DNA of 64,000 nucleotides from Bacillota bacterium (GTDB lineage Bacteria > Sysuimicrobiota > Sysuimicrobiia > Sysuimicrobiales > Segetimicrobiaceae). The notes under the pieces are model-generated. The model ran no database searches and had not been told where the DNA came from. It saw nothing but the letters and a program-made list of their open reading frames with translations. Positions 47,801 to 54,567 of the stretch are shown here, one piece after another. Within the stretch, counting starts at the first letter, position 1. Each line of letters opens with the position of its first letter. A program made the position numbers and the translations under genes. The DNA is taken from assembly GCA_021324255.1 (NCBI GenBank), contig JAJPJL010000083.1, positions 9,291 through 73,290 on the forward strand, written 5' to 3'.

Positions 47801-48309
47801 GCATCGGAGTAAGCCCGGCGCGACTCGAGCACGGCCACGAGGCGTTCCAGCACGCCCGTGTACAGCCGGCGCAACCGTTCGCGTTCGGAGAGCACCCACT
47901 CCTCGTAGCACCCCGGGAGCAGGTCACCGCGGTAGCACGCCACCGCCCGCTCGAGCGAGGCAGGCGACGCCTCCGCGGCCGCGCGCTCGAACTCCTCGAC
48001 GTCCGCCGTGTACGGCGCTTTCGCCCGCCATGCCAGCGTCGCGGCGTCGACCTCCAGGTACTGCTCCGCCTGGGGAAGCGCGCGCCGAATCTCCAACACG
48101 AGCTTTCGGAGGTTGGTCCGCGCCTGGGCGTCGCTGGAATCCGGCCACAGGAGCGCGGCGAGGTGGGCGCGGCGCTGGGCGGTTCCCTTGCGGAGCATGA
48201 GATAGGCGAGGAGCGATTGGGCCCGCTCCGGACGCAGGACGACCGGCGAGCCGCCGTAGTCGATGCTGAAGCCGCCCAAGACTTGGACCCGAAGCGCCGG
48301 GTGTGTCAT
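44890..48309 (-). CDS. SARP/AfsR-type regulator: winged-helix + BTAD domain, AAA/STAND NTPase, long TPR array
   Basis: 1139 aa. The N-terminus LRVQVLGGFSIDYGG...LLAYLML...YRGDLLPG...LMRLYAQMGDRAGALHVY is typical of BTAD. Walker A LLAGEAGIGKTRL. Walker B-like VAVVDDLQWCD. Multiple TPR-like repeats fill the C-terminal half. Confidence 0.85.
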   Translation of the reverse strand: MTHPALRVQVLGGFSIDYGGSPVVLRPERAQSLLAYLMLRKGTAQRRAHLAALLWPDSSDAQARTNLRKLVLEIRRALPQAEQYLEVDAATLAWRAKAPYTADVEEFERAAAEASPASLERAVACYRGDLLPGCYEEWVLSERERLRRLYTGVLERLVAVLESRRAYSDAIAYGRQLLDQDPLREATYQLLMRLYAQMGDRAGALHVYHTCATALQRELGVEPSALTRSAYERLLSGEAERVPPPMPAAPRLVGREREWERIRSAWAEASSGRAHVVLLAGEAGIGKTRLADEVLEWAARQGVATAVARCFGAEGRLAYAPVAMLLRSRPLPPLAEPWRREIARVLPELAAERGHPSGAAPPLTEGWQRRRLFEAMARALLAHRPLVAVVDDLQWCDPDSLEWLHYLTRHEDAEHVLLVATVRSAPRPDRTAERTFASWRHDGRLTEIEIAPLDAPATAILAGAASGVPPDDSVAERIFRVTGGNPLFVVELARAGWTRPGAPLDGALPPRVRAVIESRLAGLSPQACDAAAVAAVIGRPFTFRFLARVAGGEEAPLVEAVDELWQSRVLRESGTDTYAFSHDAVREVVYGRLSRHHRAWLHGRTAEALVHEHSPAVEAPSGEIATHFDLSGAQAQAVPYYRRAAQAARNIYANELAAGYYERLVAITAGSDRIDALCALGDVWQLTGRSAQAAGAYRRALELAEQIADQAAQARCRTALGRVLVLFRGAYEEALVHLESAGAVFRLRGDRAGLADVVWHMGIAHWYQGNYEQALDCYAEMRRLASEAGDRGRIAEAVGHAGLVYDDLGDHARALACFEEHLAIARDLGDRASMARAMGNVGTALQRQGRHAEALAWFAESWRTASAIGAERSMAIAAGNAALVYHAGGETAQAIRYGLWALARSVDIGDEWHASVAAGNVARGLMLQGQYADAERLLAAAVAVGRRLGAPYHLCKHLAWQAEVALARGSPADARPLATEALRVAQRAGRRDIQLTTGVLLVQLQVALGEASVPAAVAELDRLRDAWPAPADRALLHDAAWQLDRTLDDHREAAAALYRAAYETHPVAEYRARYRELTGDSLPSLPPLPRADDLEQAVRSSAALDAVLAALERLVAEAEERSGTPGDTPDVPRREPHGS

Positions 48310-48316
48310 CGTTCGA

Positions 48317-48345
48317 CCGCCTCGATGCCGCGGGCCGGTGGTGCC
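48317..48345. repeat. Direct repeat copy 1 (ccgcctcgatgccgcgggccggtggtgcc)
   Basis: 27/29 identical to 48433-48461. Lies 8-36 nt upstream of the SARP gene ATG (48309), i.e. in its 5' leader. Confidence 0.9.
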
Positions 48346-48351
48346 CCCGCG

Positions 48352-48357
48352 ATTATA
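48352..48357 (-). promoter_or_regulatory. Candidate -10 hexamer TATAAT for the SARP regulator gene
   Basis: The minus strand reads TAGTATAATC, in the only AT-rich patch of the intergenic region. The best -35-like hexamer (GTGACT) is 20 nt away, so the promoter is sub-optimal. Confidence 0.35.
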
Positions 48358-48432
48358 CTACTTCGGTACGGTCGATCAGTCACGTGGCCCGCGATTCCCG
48401 CGATTTGAGTGTGACGGGGGGAGATGGGCCGG

Positions 48433-48461
48433 CCGCCTCGATGCCGCAGGCCGGTGGCGCC
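48433..48461. repeat. Direct repeat copy 2 (ccgcctcgatgccgcaggccggtggcgcc)
   Basis: Same orientation as copy 1, 116 nt away. Ends 13 nt upstream of the TTGACT -35 element of the candidate ABC-2 promoter. Confidence 0.9.
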
Positions 48462-48474
48462 TGCCGCGCGCGCG

Positions 48475-48503
48475 TTGACTTCGCCGCCACGCCGTGCCAA
48501 AAT
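48475..48503 (+). promoter_or_regulatory. Candidate sigma-70-type promoter TTGACT-17 nt-CAAAAT for the sORF/ABC-2 transcript
   Basis: TTGACT at 48475-48480, a 17-nt spacer, and CAAAAT at 48498-48503. Confidence 0.35.
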
Positions 48504-48529
48504 CGTCGTGGCGCATCGATCCCTCGGAG

Positions 48530-48576
48530 GAGGTGACGAGGATGGGCACGGGCAGGCGTTGGCTCTCCGTCACCTC
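48530..48576 (+). promoter_or_regulatory. 9-bp perfect hairpin enclosing the sORF start codon and part of its Shine-Dalgarno
   Basis: GAGGTGACG (48530-48538) pairs with CGTCACCTC (48568-48576). The 29-nt loop contains ATG 48542. SD GGAGGAGG (48526-48533) is partly in the left arm. Confidence 0.45.
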
Positions 48577-48616
48577 GGCCGGGCGGTCCCGCATCCTCCC
48601 GATTCCTCAGACCTGA
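48542..48616 (+). CDS. Candidate 24-codon small ORF (MGTGRRWLSVTSAGRSRILPIPQT)
   Basis: ATG is preceded by the strongest SD in the region (GGAGGAGGTGA, ~6-nt spacing) and lies downstream of the candidate promoter. Too short to appear in the ORF track. No similarity known to me. Confidence 0.25.
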   Translation: MGTGRRWLSVTSAGRSRILPIPQT

Positions 48617-48722
48617 ACCCAAGCCGTCCCCGGCCGCGGACGACTCCCGCGGTTGCTCGGCCGGCCGCCCCCGCGCGGCACCGGCCGTGTGTCCCCATGC
48701 TGTGCCGAGGACGTGGTCACTC

Positions 48723-49649
48723 ATGGAAACGCTGCTCGAAGTGCACGACCTGGTCAAGGTGTTTCGCGGGACGCGCGCCGTCGACGGCGTGTCCTTCGCA
48801 ATCCCCAAGGGACGCATCGTCGGCCTGCTCGGTCCCAACGGCGCCGGCAAGACCACCACGATTCACATGTTGCTGGGGCTCATCACGCCGACCTCGGGCC
48901 GCATCACCTACTTCGGCCGGGAGTTCTCCCGCCACCGCCGGGAGTGCCTGCAGCGGATCAACTTTGCGTCGTCGTTCAACACGCTGCAGGGGCGGATCTC
49001 CGTACGGGAAAACCTCTTGGTGTTTGCGCACCTGTACGGCATCCGCCGCCCGCGTGCCAGGATCGACCGGCTTGCCTCCTACTTCGGCGTGGGCCGCCTG
49101 CTCGACGCGCGGTACTGGGACCTCTCGGCCGGCGAACGGACGCGCGTCAACCTGATCAAGGCGCTGCTCAACGATCCGCAACTGATCCTCATGGACGAGC
49201 CGACCGCGGCGCTCGACCCGGACATCGCCGACCGCACGCTGGCCCTCATCGAGGAGATCCGGCGCACCGCCGGCGTCTCCATCCTGTACACGAGCCACGA
49301 CATGCACGAGGTGACGCGGATCTGCGACGACGTGATCTTCCTCGACCGCGGCCGGATCTTTGCCCACGATACGCCGCTCGGCCTGACCAAGCGCATCCGC
49401 ACCGCGACGCTCACGCTCACGTTCGACGGCGACCGCGGCGCGGTCGAGCGGACGCTCCGGGGCCGCGTCGAGCGCTTCCGGTTCGTGCAGCCGTTCGCGG
49501 TGATGATCGACACCTCGGAGCAGGCCATCCCCCGCCTCATCTTCGAGGTGGGCGAGGCGGGCGTGTGGATCACCGGCATCGACGTCAAGAAACCGACCCT
49601 GGAAGACGTGTTCCTCAGCATCGCGAGAGGAGGCGGTCGTGTGGAGTGA
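48723..49649 (+). CDS. ABC transporter ATP-binding protein (ABC-2/DrrA-type)
   Basis: Within ORF 48687..49649. ATG 48723 chosen (METLLEVHDLVKVF). GPNGAGKTTT, LSAGERTRV, LILMDEPTAALD. Confidence 0.9.
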   Translation: METLLEVHDLVKVFRGTRAVDGVSFAIPKGRIVGLLGPNGAGKTTTIHMLLGLITPTSGRITYFGREFSRHRRECLQRINFASSFNTLQGRISVRENLLVFAHLYGIRRPRARIDRLASYFGVGRLLDARYWDLSAGERTRVNLIKALLNDPQLILMDEPTAALDPDIADRTLALIEEIRRTAGVSILYTSHDMHEVTRICDDVIFLDRGRIFAHDTPLGLTKRIRTATLTLTFDGDRGAVERTLRGRVERFRFVQPFAVMIDTSEQAIPRLIFEVGEAGVWITGIDVKKPTLEDVFLSIARGGGRVE

Positions 49650-50427
49650 GCGGATCAAGGGGGTGTTGCTGCAGGAAGCGTACATCACGCGGCGCTCGCT
49701 CGAGGTCATCGTGGACCTGTTCTACACGTCGCTCGTGACCGTCGTTGTGTTCGGGTTCGTCTCCCGCTTTCTCATGGGGGTCACGAACGTCCACACCGGC
49801 TCGTACCTGATCCTGGGCCTGCTCCTGTGGGAGATCATTCGCGTCAACCAGTACTCGCTGTCCGTGGGGAGCCTGTGGAACATCTGGTCGCACAACTTGA
49901 GCAACATGTTTGTGGCTCCGCTCTCCGTGACCGAGTACGTCGTGGCGCACATGCTGTCGGCGCTGCTCAAGACGCTGGTCACGTTCTGCGGGATCTGTGC
50001 GATCGCCGCGTGGTGGTTTCACTTCAACGTGCTGCAGATGGGCCTTGTCAACCTCGCGCTCTTCTTTGCGAACCTCACGATGTTTGCCTGGTCGGTCGGC
50101 CTCGTGCTTCTCGGGGTGATCTTCCAGATCGGCACCCGCATTCAGGCGCTCGCATGGGGCATGATCTTTCTGTTTCAGCCGCTGACGGCCGCGTTCTTCC
50201 CGCTGTCGGCGCTGCCGCCGGCGATCCGCGCCGTCGCGTACACCCTGCCGCCGACGTTCGTGTTTGAGGCCGCCCGCCGCGCGCTCCAGGTCCCCGGGAC
50301 GAACTGGGCGTACCTCGGCATCGCCGCCGCGGAGAACGTGGCCTACTTCGCGCTCGCGACCGCGGCGTTCGCCTGGATGCTCGCCCGCTCGCGTCTGTCC
50401 GGCCGGCTTGCGCGGGCCGAGGGGTAA
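49639..50427 (+). CDS. ABC-2 type transporter permease
   Basis: 262 aa, six hydrophobic segments. GTG start overlaps the ATPase gene by 11 nt. Confidence 0.8.
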   Translation: MWSERIKGVLLQEAYITRRSLEVIVDLFYTSLVTVVVFGFVSRFLMGVTNVHTGSYLILGLLLWEIIRVNQYSLSVGSLWNIWSHNLSNMFVAPLSVTEYVVAHMLSALLKTLVTFCGICAIAAWWFHFNVLQMGLVNLALFFANLTMFAWSVGLVLLGVIFQIGTRIQALAWGMIFLFQPLTAAFFPLSALPPAIRAVAYTLPPTFVFEAARRALQVPGTNWAYLGIAAAENVAYFALATAAFAWMLARSRLSGRLARAEG

Positions 50428-50431
50428 CCCC

Positions 50432-51442
50432 TTACGTCCTCCCCGCCCGCTCGAGGACGCGCCACAACTCGTCCCGGGCCGGCGGGACGAGCGCGCGCTC
50501 CCGCCCCGCGCGGCGCACCACGCGCGGAGCGCCGGCGGGGTGAAAGACGCCGATCGCGGCGGCCCGAACGCCGGCGTTCGCCACCGCCTCCAGGACGCGG
50601 GCCGGTTGCGGCGTGGCGATCAGGAGGGCGCCGCTTCCGATGAGCGCCAGCGGGTCCGCGCCGAAGTGGGCGCACATGGCCGCCGTTTCCTCCGGCACCG
50701 GGACCAGATCCCCGTCGAGCGTGACGCCCAACCCCGACGCGGCGGCCATCTCGTGCACCGCGGCGAGGACTCCGCCTTCGGTCACGTCGTGCATGGCGCG
50801 GGCGCCCGCCCGCGCCGCGGCGCGCGCTTCCGGCAGCACGCTGATCCGGTGGCGCAGCTCGCGCGCCCGCGCCACCAGCGCATCGCCGAGCGCGGGCCGG
50901 AGGCGCGCCTCCGCGTCGGCCGCCAGGATCGCGGTGCCCTCGATGCCGGCGCCTTTGGTCATCACGAGCGCATCCCCGGGTTGCGCCGCGCCGCTCCGCA
51001 GCACGGCGTCCCGCCGGGCCCGCCCCACCGCCGTGACGACCGCGATCGTGCGGTCGATCCCCGCGGTCACCTCGCTGTGCCCGCCGGCGATTTCGATGCC
51101 GAGCGCCGCCGCGGCGTCTCCGGCCCGGGCCATGACCCGCTCGAGCTCATCCGCCGCTCCCGCGGGAGGCAGGAGCACGGTGAGGAGGAGCGCGACCGGC
51201 TCGGCGCCGGCGGCCGCGAGGTCGTTCGTCGCCACGAACACCGCGTACCACCCGAGGTCGCGACCCGCGCCGGTGACCGGGTCCGTCGTCAGGACGGCGA
51301 CCTCGTCGCCGAAGGCGATCGACGCGCAGTCTTCGCCGATCGCGGCCCGCACGAGGACGTCGGCGCGCGGCGCGCCGAGGTGCGTGTAGACGAGGCGCCG
51401 GAGCGCATCCGGCGGTACCTTGCCGACGGGCCACGCGGTCAC
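50432..51442 (-). CDS. AIR synthase-related protein (PurM/ThiL/HypE superfamily)
   Basis: 336 aa. GEDCASI...LTTDPV...ATNDLAAAGAEP and GGHSEVT..., then a C-terminal domain with HDVTEGG. GTG start. Confidence 0.75.
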   Translation of the reverse strand: MTAWPVGKVPPDALRRLVYTHLGAPRADVLVRAAIGEDCASIAFGDEVAVLTTDPVTGAGRDLGWYAVFVATNDLAAAGAEPVALLLTVLLPPAGAADELERVMARAGDAAAALGIEIAGGHSEVTAGIDRTIAVVTAVGRARRDAVLRSGAAQPGDALVMTKGAGIEGTAILAADAEARLRPALGDALVARARELRHRISVLPEARAAARAGARAMHDVTEGGVLAAVHEMAAASGLGVTLDGDLVPVPEETAAMCAHFGADPLALIGSGALLIATPQPARVLEAVANAGVRAAAIGVFHPAGAPRVVRRAGRERALVPPARDELWRVLERAGRT

Positions 51443-51519
51443 GGCGACGCCGGGCGACCGGCGCGCCGCGCGCGCCCGTCATAGGAGTCGCCGGCCGCGC
51501 GGAGAATCACGACGATACC

Positions 51520-51756
51520 GTGACCGAGACGGCCTTTCTGTTGATCAAGGTGGAACACAATACCCCCGCCGAGGTCGCACGCCTGCTGCGCGCGCTGCCG
51601 GGCATCGACGAGGCGCACGCGGTGATGGGCGAATACGACGTGCTGGCGGTAATCCGCGCCGGCGCCACGCGCGACATCGCCTCCCTCGTCGACGCGAACG
51701 TCCGGACCATCCAAGGGGTCGCGCGCGTCGTCACCTGTGTGACGGTCCCGGCATAG
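51520..51756 (+). CDS. Stand-alone Lrp/AsnC-type ligand-binding (RAM) domain protein
   Basis: 78 aa. FLLIKVEHNTPAEVARLLRALPGIDEAHAVMGEYDVLAVIRA is a typical RAM-domain pattern. No HTH domain. Confidence 0.7.
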   Translation: MTETAFLLIKVEHNTPAEVARLLRALPGIDEAHAVMGEYDVLAVIRAGATRDIASLVDANVRTIQGVARVVTCVTVPA

Positions 51757-51762
51757 CGATCG

Positions 51763-51788
51763 GGCCGGCCGCGTGAGCGCGGCCGGCC
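51763..51788. terminator. GC-rich hairpin between convergent genes (possible bidirectional terminator)
   Basis: GGCCGGCCGCG-tgag-CGCGGCCGGCC, a perfect 11-bp stem with a 4-nt loop, 7 nt after the RAM-domain gene stop. No U-tract. Confidence 0.45.
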
Positions 51789-51834
51789 AACCCCATCCGG
51801 CCGGTGCCGGCCATGGCGCGCCCGCCGCGCGGCA

Positions 51835-52764
51835 CTACACGGCGACGCGGGGCGTAATCAGCGTCATCCGCTCCAGGATCCGCTGCGCGACCTCCAGCGC
51901 GCGGAGCCCGTCCTCGCCCGGCACGAGCGGCGGCGTACCGCCGTGAACGCAATCCACGAAGTGGCGCAACTCCGCCCGGAGCGGCTCCTCGCCCTTCACG
52001 ACCGTCCGGGTCTGCCGCCCGTTCCGCCGGACGGTGATCTGCTGGGTGAGGTAGTTGAGGTGCACGAAGCCGTCCGGCAGCGTGATCTCCAGCTCCGCCG
52101 CCTTCACGGGCGAGATCCGGCTGGCCACGAAGCTCGCCAGGCACCCGTTGCCGAGCGTCAGGTGCGCCACGGCGAGATCGTCGTCCTCGCCGTGCACGGC
52201 CGCGCCGATCGCGCTCACGCGTGCCACGGACGAGCGCAGGAGCGTGAGGATGATATCGAGGTCGTGGATCATCAGGTCGAGGACCACGCCGACATCCATC
52301 ACGCGCCGGCGGTCCCACGGACGCACGCGGCGCACCTGCACGAACAAGGGCTCGGTCACCTGGTCCCGCAGCGCCTGGACCGCCGGCTTGAATCGCTCCA
52401 CGTGTCCTACCAGCAACACGACCCCGCGCCGGCGCGCGAGGTCGACGAGCTCCGCGGCCTGCTCCACGGTGGTGGTGATCGGCTTCTCCACCAGCACGTG
52501 CACGCCGCGGTGCAGAAACTCCCGCGCGATCTCGTAGTGCAGGGCCGTGGGCACGACCAGGCTGACCGCGTCCACCCGGCCGAACAGCGCGCGGTAGTCG
52601 CGGTGGCCCGGGATCTGGTAGCGTCGCGAGAACACGGTCGTCTCGCGCGGCGCGGTGTCCACGACGCCGACGAGCTCCACGTCCGGCAGATGATGGTAGA
52701 TCCGCACGTGGTGCTGCCCCCACTGGCCGAGCCCGACGACGCCGACGCGAACCCGGGCGCTCAT
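51835..52764 (-). CDS. Gfo/Idh/MocA family NAD-dependent oxidoreductase (WbpB-like context)
   Basis: 309 aa. VGVVGLGQWGQHH Rossmann motif and VLVEKP. 7 nt downstream of the DegT-family gene. Confidence 0.85.
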   Translation of the reverse strand: MSARVRVGVVGLGQWGQHHVRIYHHLPDVELVGVVDTAPRETTVFSRRYQIPGHRDYRALFGRVDAVSLVVPTALHYEIAREFLHRGVHVLVEKPITTTVEQAAELVDLARRRGVVLLVGHVERFKPAVQALRDQVTEPLFVQVRRVRPWDRRRVMDVGVVLDLMIHDLDIILTLLRSSVARVSAIGAAVHGEDDDLAVAHLTLGNGCLASFVASRISPVKAAELEITLPDGFVHLNYLTQQITVRRNGRQTRTVVKGEEPLRAELRHFVDCVHGGTPPLVPGEDGLRALEVAQRILERMTLITPRVAV

Positions 52765-52771
52765 CGATCGC

Positions 52772-53893
52772 TCACGATCGATGCGGCACGAAGCTGCGAA
52801 TCGCGCGAATCACCCGGTCGAGCGCCGCGTCATCGAGGCCCGGATGGACGGGGATGCTGACCACCTCCCGCGCCGCGCGCTCCGCCTCCGGGCACCGCGC
52901 CGTCCCGTACCCCTCCCGCATGTACAGCGGCGTGCGGTGGATCGGGACCGGATAGTACACGCGGTTCCCGACGCCGTGCGCGTTGAGGTGCTCGATCAGG
53001 CGATCGCGCACGCGCGGCACGCGCAGGGTGTATTGGTGGTAGACGTGCAGGCACCCCGGCGGCTCGTACGGGACGACGAGCCAGTCCAGGTCCGCGAGCG
53101 CGGCCGTGAGGCGGCGCGCGTGCTCCCGCCGGCGGGCATTCCGGGCCTCCAGATGCGTGAGCTGGGTCGCGCCGAGGGCCCCCGCCATCTCGGTCATGCG
53201 GAAATTGTAGCCGAGGATCTCGTAGATGTACGGGGTCCGGCTCCTGCAGTTCACGAGCAGGCGCGCCGTGTCGGCGACCGCGTCGTCGTTGGTGACGAGC
53301 AGGCCTCCCTCGCCCGTCATCAGGTTCTTCGTCGGGTACAGGCTGAAGATCCCCGCCGCGCCGGCGGCGCCGACCCGCCGTCCTCGAAAGGCGGCGCCGT
53401 GCGCCTGTGCCGCGTCCTCCAGCAGCACGAGGCCGCGCGCGTTGGCCATGGCCTCGAACGCATCCATCCGGCACGGCAGCCCGTAGAGGTGCACGAGCAG
53501 GAGGCCCCGGACGTCGGGCGCCCGGTCGAGCGCCGCGGCCACCGCGTCCGGGTCGAGATTGTACGTGCGCGGGTCGATATCGACGAAGAGCGGGCGCGCG
53601 CCGCGGTGCAGCAGCGCGTTGGCGGTGGCGCCGAACGAAAACGGCGTCGTGATCACCCGCGCGCCCGGGGCGATCCCGGCGGCTTCGACCGCGACCATCA
53701 ACGCCGCGGTGCCGGACGACGTGGCGACCGCGTGCGCCGCCCCGACGTACGCCGCGAAGCGCTCTTCGAACTCGCCCACCCACCGGCCGGCGACGAGCCG
53801 CCCCGACGCAAGCACCTCGATCACCCGGCGTTTCTCTTCATCGGTGATCTCAGGCTGCGCGATCGGCACGGCGTACTGCGACGTCGTGTGCAT
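52772..53893 (-). CDS. DegT/DnrJ/EryC1/StrS family PLP-dependent sugar aminotransferase
   Basis: Within ORF 52772..53926. ATG 53893 chosen. VPIAQPEITDEE, the family N-terminus, and SLYPTKNLMTGEGG (PLP-lysine region). Confidence 0.85.
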   Translation of the reverse strand: MHTTSQYAVPIAQPEITDEEKRRVIEVLASGRLVAGRWVGEFEERFAAYVGAAHAVATSSGTAALMVAVEAAGIAPGARVITTPFSFGATANALLHRGARPLFVDIDPRTYNLDPDAVAAALDRAPDVRGLLLVHLYGLPCRMDAFEAMANARGLVLLEDAAQAHGAAFRGRRVGAAGAAGIFSLYPTKNLMTGEGGLLVTNDDAVADTARLLVNCRSRTPYIYEILGYNFRMTEMAGALGATQLTHLEARNARRREHARRLTAALADLDWLVVPYEPPGCLHVYHQYTLRVPRVRDRLIEHLNAHGVGNRVYYPVPIHRTPLYMREGYGTARCPEAERAAREVVSIPVHPGLDDAALDRVIRAIRSFVPHRS

Positions 53894-54039
53894 GCATCCG
53901 TCCTTCCCGCGGGCGATCCGCGGCAAGATTCTGCGCGAGGGCCGGTGTTCCTGCCGTTCGGGCGCGGTTACGCGCGACGACCGGCCGCAATCGCGCGGCG
54001 GCGCGGCCGGGCGCGGTCTCGCGCCTCGCCGTGGCGCGG

Positions 54040-54480
54040 TTACGGTCGCTCCACGCGTCCCCGGAGGGCCGCGAGCATGCCGTCGAGGTTCTCTTTCATT
54101 TTGACGCGCAGCAGTTGACTGAGCAGCGCGCCGATGAGCGGAATGCCGAATTCAAACTCCACCGTGATCGCGGTCCGCGTGCCGCCGTTCTCCGGCTCAA
54201 AGGACCACTCGCCCTCGTACCGTTCGAAGTCGCCCTCGCGCTGCCGGAAGCGGCAGAGGTGGCGGGCGTCGTCCCACGCGTCGTCCTCGGTCCAGCGAAT
54301 CCGGCGCCCCTCCACCACTCCGACCCATTCCGTCCGGGTGGGCACCTCGCCGTCGCGCTCGAGGACGGTCACGCGCTCCAGGTCCGGCATGAACTGCGGA
54401 AAGTCTTCCACCCGCTTCGCCACCGCGTAGACCTGTTCGAGCGGCGCCCGGATGAGCGCCCTCGCCTCGACGCGCGCCAT
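54040..54480 (-). CDS. SRPBCC (START/RatA/polyketide-cyclase-like) family protein
   Basis: 146 aa. VEDFPQFMPDLERVTVLE...W...FERYEGEWSFEP pattern is typical of the family. Confidence 0.75.
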   Translation of the reverse strand: MARVEARALIRAPLEQVYAVAKRVEDFPQFMPDLERVTVLERDGEVPTRTEWVGVVEGRRIRWTEDDAWDDARHLCRFRQREGDFERYEGEWSFEPENGGTRTAITVEFEFGIPLIGALLSQLLRVKMKENLDGMLAALRGRVERP

Positions 54481-54567
54481 GAGCCCCCCTTGGTCGATGT
54501 CGCCGCGTCCGCGGCCGCGGGATCGGGCACAGGCCGCCCGGCCGGCGTGCCGCCGCGCTCGCCGTGC

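Noticed and set aside
44890-48309. STAND NTPase-TPR protein as an antiviral Avs/NLR-like defence gene.
   Set aside because: The N-terminal module is a DNA-binding wHTH-BTAD domain, not a nuclease, protease or TIR-type effector. There are no neighbouring defence genes or mobile-element hallmarks. A transcription-factor role is more parsimonious.
53962-54044. 11-nt direct repeat GCGCGGTTACG at 53962-53972 and 54034-54044, in the region between the DegT-family gene start and the SRPBCC gene end.
   Set aside because: Short and GC-rich, and one copy overlaps the SRPBCC stop codon. It is plausibly chance, and I could not find supporting promoter elements.
54040-54480. SRPBCC protein as a RatA-type toxin of a toxin-antitoxin pair.
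   Set aside because: No small partner ORF overlaps or abuts it. The family is broad (lipid/polyketide binding), and context gives no support for a TA module.
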